Shown here one piece after another: positions 7,937 through 16,850 of a stretch of DNA of 51,197 nt. This DNA is from Minisyncoccota bacterium (lineage in GTDB: Bacteria > Patescibacteriota > Minisyncoccia > Phycocordibacterales > UBA918), in assembly GCA_035324355.1 (NCBI GenBank), contig DAOLBU010000002.1, positions 1 to 51,197 of the forward strand, read 5' to 3'. The translations under genes were made by a program, and so were the position numbers. Within the stretch, counting starts at the first letter, position 1; the number at the start of each line of letters is the position of its first letter. The notes under the pieces are model-generated. The model worked only from the letters and a program-made list of their open reading frames with translations, was not told the origin of the DNA and did no database searches.

Positions 7937-9271
7937 ATGTCTCGCAAAGATCTTTCTCGTTTTGATGCTTCTGACTATGAACGTTCGGCTTTAGAGCATG
8001 TGCTTACTAAAGAAGCTCAGGCTAAAGATGATACGGTGTATGTGTCAGTGGAAGAGGCTATTAAGGAAGATCCGGTATATGAACATCAGTCTAGTCGAGA
8101 TGTCACTCGAGTGCTGTTTATTTCCCAGGACGAATCCTTGCTAAACCCGACCGAACAGTCACTCGATGGCTACACAAACTTGGCCGATTTGTTTGATGAG
8201 GTGCATATATTAATTTTAAGACAAGGGATACCAGCTAAAAATCCTGTTCTTCGTTTAGCTAATAACATGTGGCTGTATATTGCTAGTGATAGCAAGTGGT
8301 GGGGAGCGCCTTTGGTGGGTAATACCGTTGTCACGGAGCAACTAGTTTTTGCTGAAGGGTTTCGTCCCGATATTATTGTGGCCCGTGATCCGTTTGAGAG
8401 TGCTGCTTTAGGACTATACCTGAGCGATAAATACGAAAGACCACTACAGATACATGTCCTTGAAGACTACAACACTACTGAATTTAAAAATGCCCACCCA
8501 CATCACTTTTGGCGCAGTCATCTACCAAACTTTACTTTAAAACGTACAGCCAGTATCAGAACTAATACTCGAGCGCTTTACGATTTTCTCTCTCATAAGT
8601 TTGATCCTTTAGACCTCGCCATTTTGCCACGTTTCAATAACTACGAAGCTTTAATGCATGAGCCCGTGACTTTAGATTTACATAATAAGTACAAAGCTTT
8701 TAAATTTGTGGTGCTTTACATTGGAAAATTGGATTACCATAGTCTTTTATACCAGGTGATTGACGCTGCTAGACACGGTCTTAAAAGTCCACACATTGGC
8801 TTGGTTGTTTTAGGTGAAGGACCAATCAAGTCGGAGTTTATTAAACGCAGTCAAATTTTAGGAGTGAGCCAACAAGTCGTCTTTGCACCTAATACCTTAA
8901 GTGAAACTGCTTTTCTCAAAGGTGCTGATGTCTTGGTGGTGCCCGAGACGGATGACGCTAGTGAGGAACTGGTGCTTAGAGCGGCTGCGGCGGGGATCCC
9001 CCCCATCTTGGCTAGAACGGCGAAACGAGAAGAACCCCTTTCTTATGGTGAGTCAGCTCTGCTTTGTACCCCTGGGGCCATTGATGAGTTTAGCCTTAAG
9101 TTAAATATGTTAATGAATGACCCGGTGCTACGTCGTCGTCTGGTAGCTGCTGGGCGAGAAATGATCAAGAGTCGCTTTCATGAGGATCCGGACACTTATC
9201 GTCGGGCATATCGCTCGAGTATCGAAAATGTTCTCTTTCTAAGTAGCGTTGATAATGAGTCATCGGAGTAA
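7937..9271 (+). CDS. GT-B fold glycosyltransferase (GT4-like)
   Basis: C-terminal GADVLVVPETDDASEELVLRAAAAGIPPILART resembles the GT4 donor-binding region. The start is ambiguous: GTG 7907 or ATG 7937. Confidence 0.65.
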   Translation: MSRKDLSRFDASDYERSALEHVLTKEAQAKDDTVYVSVEEAIKEDPVYEHQSSRDVTRVLFISQDESLLNPTEQSLDGYTNLADLFDEVHILILRQGIPAKNPVLRLANNMWLYIASDSKWWGAPLVGNTVVTEQLVFAEGFRPDIIVARDPFESAALGLYLSDKYERPLQIHVLEDYNTTEFKNAHPHHFWRSHLPNFTLKRTASIRTNTRALYDFLSHKFDPLDLAILPRFNNYEALMHEPVTLDLHNKYKAFKFVVLYIGKLDYHSLLYQVIDAARHGLKSPHIGLVVLGEGPIKSEFIKRSQILGVSQQVVFAPNTLSETAFLKGADVLVVPETDDASEELVLRAAAAGIPPILARTAKREEPLSYGESALLCTPGAIDEFSLKLNMLMNDPVLRRRLVAAGREMIKSRFHEDPDTYRRAYRSSIENVLFLSSVDNESSE

Positions 9272-9293
9272 TATTATTTAGTATCATTAGTTT

Positions 9294-10166
9294 ATGCGTG
9301 CTCAGCGAAAATTCGTTTCATTTTTTGGTTTAGGTAGTATTTTTGCTGCGCCACTTTTCTACTCCTATCTTAAAGCGCATCCCCAAATTTGTGTACCTCA
9401 AGAAGAGCTCGACTTTTTTTGCCAACCAAAACTATATGCCCAAGGAATAGAGTGGTATGAGGGCCAGTTTGGTAAGTGTGAGACTGGATTTATTTATGGA
9501 GAGTTATCGGGTTATTATCTACAAAATGCGCAGGCAGCATCTTTAATAGCTAGAACTTACCCTAATGCTAAGTTATTGGCTGTAATAGAAAATCCTTTGG
9601 TTAGCGTCAAGGTCGCTTATATCGAAGCCAAAAGAGCCGGCTTAATTTCCTCTAAAATTTCTCTGGCTTTATTTCTGAAGCAATATCCCGAAGTGTTAAG
9701 TTCAGCCCGTTATGGACAGCAATTAGTTCATTACTTTGGTTATTATTCACCAACTGATTTGTTGGTAGTGACAGCGGGGGACGTGAGAGAGGATCCCCTA
9801 AGTGTCATTAAAACGGCTTACGCTTATCTTGGTGTTAGTGATGATTTTGTCCCTGGCGAACTTAAGCACTTATTTCCCGAAGAAGAGATAGACCCTAAAA
9901 AACGTCCTGGTTTTATCAAGCGGGGTCTTAAGGCCATTAAGCAATCAGTGACCAATAAATACCATGCTATTTTGCAGCACTTCCATCCTAAAATAGTCCC
10001 CATTGAAACAGCTTCCATAGCAGCCAGGGCGATGACTCTCACGCCTGAGCTCGAGTCTTATCTGAAGGATTATTTCCGGTCGGACGTTACCGTTTTGTCT
10101 AGGTTGATGCACCGAGATTTAAATGCCGAGTGGGAGATACCAGCTAAAGATAAAAAGGTCCTTTAA
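9294..10166 (+). CDS. sulfotransferase-fold protein with degenerate PAPS-binding motifs
   Basis: The layout is like Sulfotransfer_1/3 families (EELDFF..GIEWYEGQF..AKLLAVIENP..LLVVTAGDVREDP..YLGV). However, the PKxGTT and RNPxxRxxS positions read GLGSIFAAP and ENPLVSVKVAY. Confidence 0.5.
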   Translation: MRAQRKFVSFFGLGSIFAAPLFYSYLKAHPQICVPQEELDFFCQPKLYAQGIEWYEGQFGKCETGFIYGELSGYYLQNAQAASLIARTYPNAKLLAVIENPLVSVKVAYIEAKRAGLISSKISLALFLKQYPEVLSSARYGQQLVHYFGYYSPTDLLVVTAGDVREDPLSVIKTAYAYLGVSDDFVPGELKHLFPEEEIDPKKRPGFIKRGLKAIKQSVTNKYHAILQHFHPKIVPIETASIAARAMTLTPELESYLKDYFRSDVTVLSRLMHRDLNAEWEIPAKDKKVL

Positions 10167-10286
10167 AGGCTCAAAATGGCCTAAATTACGATAATTAATC
10201 GAGGTTAGTACTTTGGCCTTTTGAACTAAGGTGAAATTTGGCTAAAAATGTCACTTTCACCTGGGTTAAGTGGTAATATTATAAGT

Positions 10287-11237
10287 ATGAAAATATTGGT
10301 AACTGGAGGTGCTGGCTATATCGGTTCAGCTTGCGTAGAGGCACTTTGTCATGAGGGATATCAGGTAGTAGTTTTTGATGATTTATCAACTGGTCAAGCT
10401 GATAAAATAAATTCTAACGTCATTTTGGAACAGGGCAGTATAATTGATTATTCAAATTTAAAAGCCGTTTGCGCTAGATATGATTTTGGTCTCGTCTTGC
10501 ACTTTGCGGCCAAAAAAGCAGTTGGCGAAAGTCAACTTGATCCAGCTTTATATTTTGAAACAAATGTTACGGGTACTTTAAATCTCTTAAAGGTGATGAG
10601 TGAGTATCAAATACCTAAAATTGTCTTTTCATCCACTGCTGTAGTTTATCGTCCACCTAAGGACACTAGGACATTAACTGAATCATCTCCACTCGGACCA
10701 CAAAATGTTTATGGTCAAACCAAGAGAATGGCTGAGGAGATGATTGTGGCTTTCGCTAAAGCAGGACTGATTTCAAACTACTCGATTCTACGCTACTTTA
10801 ATGTTGCCGGCGATGTTGGTTTAAATTATAGGGAGAGTAAAGCAATGAATATTTTTCCGATTATCGGTACTCAATTGCAAGCCAATTTACCGGTACAAAT
10901 TTTTGGTAGTGACTATGAAACAGCAGATGGAACCTGTGTACGCGACTACATACATTTACGGGACTTAGTGAAAGCTCACTTAGCGGCACTGAATCAAAAG
11001 GAAAGTGGTATTTATAATCTGGGGACCGGCAAAGGTTATTCGGTTAAAGAGCTTTTAGATCGATTTAATCAAATAGCCACACAAAAAATTCGAATTGAAG
11101 CTGCAGATCGTCGCTCGGGCGACTCACCTTTTCTGGTAGCTGACGCCACTTTGGCCAAACAAAAACTAGGTTGGCAACCAGAGGCTACTTTGGACGATAT
11201 TATTAAAGATACCCTTAGGGTCTTTAATCTCACTTAG
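10287..11237 (+). CDS. galE: UDP-glucose 4-epimerase
   Basis: MKILVTGGAGYIGS Rossmann start, SSTAVVY and YGQTK (SDR catalytic YxxxK), DGTCVRDYIH. ATG 10287 is preferred over 10248. Confidence 0.85.
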   Translation: MKILVTGGAGYIGSACVEALCHEGYQVVVFDDLSTGQADKINSNVILEQGSIIDYSNLKAVCARYDFGLVLHFAAKKAVGESQLDPALYFETNVTGTLNLLKVMSEYQIPKIVFSSTAVVYRPPKDTRTLTESSPLGPQNVYGQTKRMAEEMIVAFAKAGLISNYSILRYFNVAGDVGLNYRESKAMNIFPIIGTQLQANLPVQIFGSDYETADGTCVRDYIHLRDLVKAHLAALNQKESGIYNLGTGKGYSVKELLDRFNQIATQKIRIEAADRRSGDSPFLVADATLAKQKLGWQPEATLDDIIKDTLRVFNLT

Positions 11238-12009
11238 TTTTTATTAGGCGGTGTTTGAGAAGTCGTAGTTGACCCAAAAGTAGGGCAAAGAGGTAACCCG
11301 GATACCCTAAGTGTCTCTTTTTAATAATCGCTAATACAGCGGTGGACATTTTGCTCCCATGATCGTTTTCACTGGCATCATGGACCCGATGGGCAGTGGC
11401 GATTATGGGTAAATTTTTAAACTCGCCAAAGTGACCGAGTTGGAGAAAAAGATCTAAGTCCTCAGCTAGGGTCGGTTGGTAGCCTTGAGTTTTTTCTAAG
11501 GCAGCAGCGCGCATCAGTACTGCTGAATGCGTGAATTGATTACGGACTAATATTTTACGGCGAATAGCTTTGTCAGTAGTTTCATAAAAGTAATCTTTTA
11601 TTTTTTTTCCGTCTCGGTTTATCAGTCTAGTTTGGGTACCAACGACTGCCAATGAAGCATTTGTCTCAATGGACTCAACTTGCTTAGTGAGCTTCTCTTT
11701 ATCAATCCAGACATCATCACTGTCAATAACAGCGACATATTTACCTGTAACGTAACTAAGACTTTCTTTCCGTCTAGCAAACAATCCAGCATTCTTTTCG
11801 TGTTTAATATAGCGAAGGCGCTTGTCAGCGAAACCCTGAATAACATTTTCTGAGTTGTCAGTTGAACCGTCATCAATTATTACTAACTCAAAATTTTGGT
11901 AGGTCTGCGATAGGACACTAGAAATAGCCTCGGATAGAAAATGACCCCGGTTATAGGTCAACATGAGAACACTCACTAGAGGTTCTTTTACTTGGCTAAT
12001 TGTATCCAT
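11230..12009 (-). CDS. glycosyltransferase family 2
   Basis: VSVLMLTYNRGHFLSEAISSVLSQTYQNFELVIIDDGSTDNS and AVIDSDD (DxD). Its 3' end overlaps the 3' end of galE by 8 nt. Confidence 0.8.
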   Translation of the reverse strand: MDTISQVKEPLVSVLMLTYNRGHFLSEAISSVLSQTYQNFELVIIDDGSTDNSENVIQGFADKRLRYIKHEKNAGLFARRKESLSYVTGKYVAVIDSDDVWIDKEKLTKQVESIETNASLAVVGTQTRLINRDGKKIKDYFYETTDKAIRRKILVRNQFTHSAVLMRAAALEKTQGYQPTLAEDLDLFLQLGHFGEFKNLPIIATAHRVHDASENDHGSKMSTAVLAIIKKRHLGYPGYLFALLLGQLRLLKHRLIKTK

Positions 12010-12854
12010 GATGAGGGAAGTAGGTTGGGGTCATAATCAATGGTATCAAACCAGGGTGTTGGTGCAATGACTAACTTACTCGGATTTTGATTGAGCCAGG
12101 CACCCCACCAGCTGAAGCTACTATTAGCAATAATATTGTGCTGACATTGACTCATTAAGCTTAATTCTTCAGCATCCTTGAGTGATGGGTCAGAGACAAA
12201 AACAGTGTCTTCATCAAGCTCTAGATTATTTTTGACCCAAGCGATATCGTCCGAGAAGACAAAAAATTTCGCGTCTTTAACTTCGGTCTTGAGTTTGTCT
12301 ATTGCTCGTTGATAATAATCTTTAGTACATGGTCCAAATTGTTTTTTGACTATCAGATTACTTAAGTAGTCACCTCTTCGTATATGAAGTGAGACAGAAT
12401 TACTTAACTGCATTTGCTCAAGGATATTGCGACCATATTCCGGCAAGGGAACTTTGAGGGTAAATTCTTTCAGGAGAAGATCTCGGATGTTTTCAAAGTA
12501 AAGGGGTGATTGGAAGTATCCGTCTAGGTAGAGGTTTCCTTTCTGGTTTAAGTACTCTGCTTTGAATAAGTTAGTTTGGTCGCCCCAAAGGGAGTTTTTT
12601 ATTCTGCGCGTTATTTTAGTCAAAAGTCCCTCAGGCTTTTTAGAGGCAGCTATGTCTGCCAGCGAAGCGAGGTCTTGTTGGATATTAAAAAGCGCTAAGC
12701 TAAAGGGGCGATAGATATTTCCTATTCTCTTCGCTTGATCTAGTGAATGGATGTCTAGCTTTAAAATGTCATTATTTTTAATCGACAAAGCCCGACCAAA
12801 AGCATACTGAAACATTTGGTTACCCAGCCCGCCTTTGAGATTGATAATTATCAT
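11988..12854 (-). CDS. alpha-1,2-fucosyltransferase (GT11)
   Basis: N-terminal GGLGNQMFQYAFGRAL, HIRRGDY motif, and C-terminal SSFSWWGAWL. Confidence 0.85.
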   Translation of the reverse strand: MIIINLKGGLGNQMFQYAFGRALSIKNNDILKLDIHSLDQAKRIGNIYRPFSLALFNIQQDLASLADIAASKKPEGLLTKITRRIKNSLWGDQTNLFKAEYLNQKGNLYLDGYFQSPLYFENIRDLLLKEFTLKVPLPEYGRNILEQMQLSNSVSLHIRRGDYLSNLIVKKQFGPCTKDYYQRAIDKLKTEVKDAKFFVFSDDIAWVKNNLELDEDTVFVSDPSLKDAEELSLMSQCQHNIIANSSFSWWGAWLNQNPSKLVIAPTPWFDTIDYDPNLLPSSWIQLAK

Positions 12855-12925
12855 ATCGTGTTTAGTTGATAAATTTTTTATTCATGCTAATATGTAATCA
12901 TAACGACGAAAAGGGGGGCGAACGG

Positions 12926-13105
12926 TTAACTACCTAAGTCGCCCTTTTCTTTTTGTATTTTTCTCCGAATATCAGTTATGACGTTATATTTTCTTGTAAG
13001 ATACTCTCTAAATTTTGGTAAGGATATTGACCAAGGGTTAGTGGGGTGCTTATTAGTAGCAAAATAAAGATTTTGACCATCTATATAAGCAATGTTTTTA
13101 AACAT
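12926..13105 (-). pseudogene. 59-aa N-terminal fragment of a NYN/LabA-like domain protein (below the ORF-track cutoff)
   Basis: My own translation gives MFKNIAYIDGQNLYFATNKH..FREYLTRKYNV, which resembles the start of NYN domains (..IDG.NLY..). It stops after about one third of a normal domain and overlaps the upstream stop by 8 nt. Confidence 0.3.
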
Positions 13106-13862
13106 GATTTAATATTAACATTGCAGGTTTAGTGAAGACAAACAAGCCACAGGCGTAAGTTTCGTTTTTTAGATCTTCTGGTTTGGCATTCTCCTTTACT
13201 CCTTCATTTCCATGCTCTGGGACAAAAGAGAATTCTTTTAAGGTAAGGGTAGGGAATAGTTCTACTACTTGCTCGTAGGTGTAAATTCGGTGAGCATTAA
13301 ATTGAATCATTCCCGTATTTCCAACAGGAGTCACAAAAAGCAAAGAACCGCCTGGGGCTAGAACTCTTGATAGCTCACTACAGGCTTTCTGGTCGCCGCC
13401 TGGATCAATAGGGTCGCCATAGCGCCCCAGACCAATGTGTTCGATAGTATGAAGACAGGACAGGGAAGGAAGGCTGTTGTCTGCAAAGTGTAAGTTAGTC
13501 AGGTCAGCATGCTCAGTCCTTAAGTTGCTGAGATGAAGTGGTGCCGGACGGTAATCATAAAAATCCACTGGAACAAAAGCAGAGACAATTCCGGGAAAGT
13601 AGAGACTTGAGGCAATGTCAGTATGACGTTCCGGATTTATTTCTTTTACCTTACGGGCAGCCCACGCCGTATGATAAACATAATGTCGGTCAAAACCAGT
13701 TAGTTTGGTCTTATCAAAAATTTGCGGGTAGAAAGTTCGCCAACTATAACTGAAGCGTGACTTGCTATCTTTACTTTTAAAATGCCAATAATCTACCAAC
13801 ACAAAAGGGGTAAAGAGAATATTTCGTACCGTTTTAACTAAAAATTTAATTTTACTTAACAT
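13098..13862 (-). CDS. class I SAM-dependent methyltransferase (DUF268-like)
   Basis: HTIEHIGLGRYGDPIDPGGD..LAPGGSLLFVTPVG. ATG at 13862 is preferred, because the 13976 start would overlap the upstream gene by 125 nt. Confidence 0.65.
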   Translation of the reverse strand: MLSKIKFLVKTVRNILFTPFVLVDYWHFKSKDSKSRFSYSWRTFYPQIFDKTKLTGFDRHYVYHTAWAARKVKEINPERHTDIASSLYFPGIVSAFVPVDFYDYRPAPLHLSNLRTEHADLTNLHFADNSLPSLSCLHTIEHIGLGRYGDPIDPGGDQKACSELSRVLAPGGSLLFVTPVGNTGMIQFNAHRIYTYEQVVELFPTLTLKEFSFVPEHGNEGVKENAKPEDLKNETYACGLFVFTKPAMLILNHV

Positions 13863-14763
13863 ACTTAGGCAGTTCGGTGTGATGGATGGCGACCAGATTC
13901 TGGTATTGATAACTAGCTTGTCGCATGTGGGGAATAGGGTCACCAGCTTGGTTAAGGGTAAAAAATTGGTAGCCATGACTAGCTAGAAGGTCTAAGCTGC
14001 CAGTAGTGTTATCTTTCCAAGCTTCGCCACCACCAACTTCGAGTAAAATAATTGGCCGATAATTAGCCAACGTTTTTCCCGCCTGACTTAAAATTTTGAC
14101 TTCAGTCCCTTCAGTATCTAGTTTGATCAAGCTCGGTTTCGTATTAGTTTTTTCACACCAGGCATCTAAGGTGTCTGTTTGTACTTCAATTAAAGAACCA
14201 ACATTCTTTAAAAACGCGTGTGGTTGTGCTTTGCTTGAATTAAAGACACCATGCTGAATGCCATAGTCGTGGAATTGAACGGTGCCCATGCTGTCAGCTA
14301 AGGCAATTTGTTCTAGCTGAACTTGAGGTAGGTGTCTGGTGTTTTGTTTTAGGACAGTAAAGGTGCTGGGTGTGGGTTCAAAGGCAGTAATTTTTGCAGC
14401 GGGAACTTTAATTTGGGTAAAGAGACTAGTGTAGTAACCAATGTTGCTGCCGACATCAAGTAGGTCGCCAGATTCTTTAAAATACTTAAGAAGAAAAAGT
14501 GTGACTTCACTATCATAGAAGCCAAGGAAGTAGACTGAGCCTATAGCGGAAGTTTCGTAAGCTTGTAGCTTGTCGCCCCAAATAGTCTGGGACTTAATTG
14601 GTATAGCAAAAGGGGTGAAGCGATTAAGCGCTACTAGGAGGTAAAAACAAAAGGCTTTGAGAGGATGTTTTTTAAAACGAGCACTGCGGATAATAGTTAG
14701 ATCAGCATCAGTTGCTTTGGCTTCAATTTTCTTAATAATATCCTCTCTTAACATAGTAGGCAT
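13852..14763 (-). CDS. FkbM-family methyltransferase
   Basis: DVGSNIGYYTSLF, FEPTPSTF, and the LDTEGTE-type C-terminal motif (KLDTEGTEVKIL). Confidence 0.8.
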   Translation of the reverse strand: MPTMLREDIIKKIEAKATDADLTIIRSARFKKHPLKAFCFYLLVALNRFTPFAIPIKSQTIWGDKLQAYETSAIGSVYFLGFYDSEVTLFLLKYFKESGDLLDVGSNIGYYTSLFTQIKVPAAKITAFEPTPSTFTVLKQNTRHLPQVQLEQIALADSMGTVQFHDYGIQHGVFNSSKAQPHAFLKNVGSLIEVQTDTLDAWCEKTNTKPSLIKLDTEGTEVKILSQAGKTLANYRPIILLEVGGGEAWKDNTTGSLDLLASHGYQFFTLNQAGDPIPHMRQASYQYQNLVAIHHTELPKYVK

Positions 14764-14767
14764 TATT

Positions 14768-15781
14768 TTAACGCATTATTTGCCGTACCGCATCTTTAGC
14801 TAAGGTTGTCAGTTTAAAAGCTAAGCTAGCATTTTTCCATGACTTTTTTGACTTGAGGTTAGTGTCTTTAATTTGTGACTCATTAGCTCTCAGTTTGGTC
14901 TGGTAAATATTTAAAAAAGCTTGTGCTTGCTTAGCTAAAGATAAGTTATTTTCGATATACACTCGGGGAGCAAAGGTGGGTAATGCTTCTAGAAATCTAG
15001 TTAACGATTTTTCTAAATCTTCGACTCTAGAAAATTTAAGACCACAAGTGTCATCAAAATAAGGGGCGGAGGTCACTGGAGTAAAATTAAGTTGTTCAGT
15101 TGAAAAATTTGCCTGACCACTTCCAGACCAGTCACCAAATTTTTCGATATCCCATATCAGGGCGGGTACATTCATTGCCAAAGCTTCAAGTAAAGCGATA
15201 CCTTGGCTTTCGGAACGTCCCACCCAAATTATTGCTTTGCTCCTATCTAATAGCTCTTGATAATTACTCTCTTGGTATTGACCATAAGTAATAACGGCAA
15301 ACTTCTCGCCATGGTTTTCTAAAGTCTGGCAAACTACATTAGTGTCGGCAGGGGAGCGTTGCTTGTTATAAACTAAAATTAAATCCTTCGCGGTGGTAGT
15401 TGGCGAAAATTTATTGGTATCAATTCCAACTGGCCAGACTGTACTATTCAGCCGCTGGGTACCAAAGGTTTCCCAAAACCTTTGTACCCAAGGAGCGGGA
15501 TGAAGCCAAATTAAAGGCAGGTTGTTCGGAATAGTAGGTAGCTCTTGAGGCAGGGTATGAATATTTGGCCCCGCCAAAATCAATGGTTTTCGGGGTAAAT
15601 CCAAGGCAGCTTTAAGAGCGATGGGATCATCATGGATCCAGATTAAGTCAGTGGCGTCAAGCGCAGCATTAGTGACATAGGGGCAGCCTATTTCATCCAG
15701 GCCTTTCATCAAATTGACAACCACCTTACGTGGCCCACGACTATGTGTGGATATTAACGATTTTGAAATAATGTTAAGCAT
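14768..15781 (-). CDS. GT-B fold glycosyltransferase (GT1/GT4-like)
   Basis: C-terminal IIWVGRSESQGIALLEALAMNVPALIWD matches the E..G..llEA...G.P donor-site pattern. Confidence 0.6.
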   Translation of the reverse strand: MLNIISKSLISTHSRGPRKVVVNLMKGLDEIGCPYVTNAALDATDLIWIHDDPIALKAALDLPRKPLILAGPNIHTLPQELPTIPNNLPLIWLHPAPWVQRFWETFGTQRLNSTVWPVGIDTNKFSPTTTAKDLILVYNKQRSPADTNVVCQTLENHGEKFAVITYGQYQESNYQELLDRSKAIIWVGRSESQGIALLEALAMNVPALIWDIEKFGDWSGSGQANFSTEQLNFTPVTSAPYFDDTCGLKFSRVEDLEKSLTRFLEALPTFAPRVYIENNLSLAKQAQAFLNIYQTKLRANESQIKDTNLKSKKSWKNASLAFKLTTLAKDAVRQIMR

Positions 15782-15792
15782 TGCAGGTTTTG

Positions 15793-16842
15793 CTACTTTA
15801 ATAACTTATACTTTATCTTTTCAATAAAATTAATATGTTTGAATGGACGATATAAATTAGAGCCAATCTTAATCAAGAGACGTCTGTATTTAATGAAGAT
15901 GGCTGATATTTTTTCTCTCAAAATCATTTCACTAAGGCGATTCAGATTGATGGTTGCTTGAGGTGCTTTGCTAAGAGGTATATCAAAAATATGTTGCAAA
16001 AATGTTTCAAGGCCCAATTTAATTTTGGAGAAATCATACTCTGGAATAGAAATAGGTTCATTTACGATACTCAAATATAAGTTATCATCATTATCAATTT
16101 CTTTAACCCGTCTTAAGACATCATCAAAACTGTCATAGTCATGGCAGTTAATAAATCTTTTTTTGTTGAACTGTTTATCAATATCAGTATCTCCCCAATA
16201 AATGGGAATTGTTTGGGCCATAAATGCACCGATGATTTTTTCTGTAGTGTAGCCAGATCGTGAAGAGTTTTCACAAGCAATAGAAAATTTATGTTTTGAC
16301 TCAAAAGCTAATTTGTTAGCCACCGGACCGCCAATATTATTGAGATACTTTCCCCCAGCGTTTACCTTCTTATATGAACTAAGTGAAGTAAAGAGTGCTT
16401 GTCGGGCCTTTTCTCCGCGATAGTTTGAGTATACAAAACTACAAAAATCAGTTTTGTCTTTTAGCTGGTCTGGAGTTAATTGTAGCTGTTTTGTCCAGTC
16501 AGTATTGACGGTCTGTAACAATTCCTCTGGACGATAAAAAATAGAATTTAAATAAATAGGGAAGCGGTAATAACGTTCGCCGAAATCAAGCCAATCAAAA
16601 CCGATGGCATAATCGCATAAATTAAAGTTTGGGGAGACATTTTCACCTGTGTAAAAAATTTTTACACAGTCATATTTTAAGTGTTCATCTGTAGATTCGT
16701 GATAGAAAATATAATCAGGTGTTTCAGAAATTTCAACAGTATAATATTTACTTAAGATTGCATGAAAAAAATACGCATATGTCCCGGGAGTTGTGTGGTC
16801 AGAGTGGCCATACTTTAAAAATTTTACGCGAATTTTTTTCAT
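15793..16842 (-). CDS. alpha-1,3(/4)-fucosyltransferase (GT10)
   Basis: FSIACENSSRSGYTTEKIIGAF matches the conserved GT10 motif (..ENS....Y.TEK). The N-terminal half is also GT10-like (FYTGEN..DYAIGFD). Confidence 0.8.
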   Translation of the reverse strand: MKKIRVKFLKYGHSDHTTPGTYAYFFHAILSKYYTVEISETPDYIFYHESTDEHLKYDCVKIFYTGENVSPNFNLCDYAIGFDWLDFGERYYRFPIYLNSIFYRPEELLQTVNTDWTKQLQLTPDQLKDKTDFCSFVYSNYRGEKARQALFTSLSSYKKVNAGGKYLNNIGGPVANKLAFESKHKFSIACENSSRSGYTTEKIIGAFMAQTIPIYWGDTDIDKQFNKKRFINCHDYDSFDDVLRRVKEIDNDDNLYLSIVNEPISIPEYDFSKIKLGLETFLQHIFDIPLSKAPQATINLNRLSEMILREKISAIFIKYRRLLIKIGSNLYRPFKHINFIEKIKYKLLK

Positions 16843-16850
16843 CGGAAGTA

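Noticed and set aside
13114-13125. The 12-nt string AAACCTGCAATG (minus strand) is shared with the start region of the GT gene at 15779-15790, suggesting a duplicated gene junction.
   Set aside because: Similarity fades within ~28 nt. The downstream sequence at 12.9-13.1 kb instead encodes a NYN-like fragment in another frame. This is most likely coincidence.
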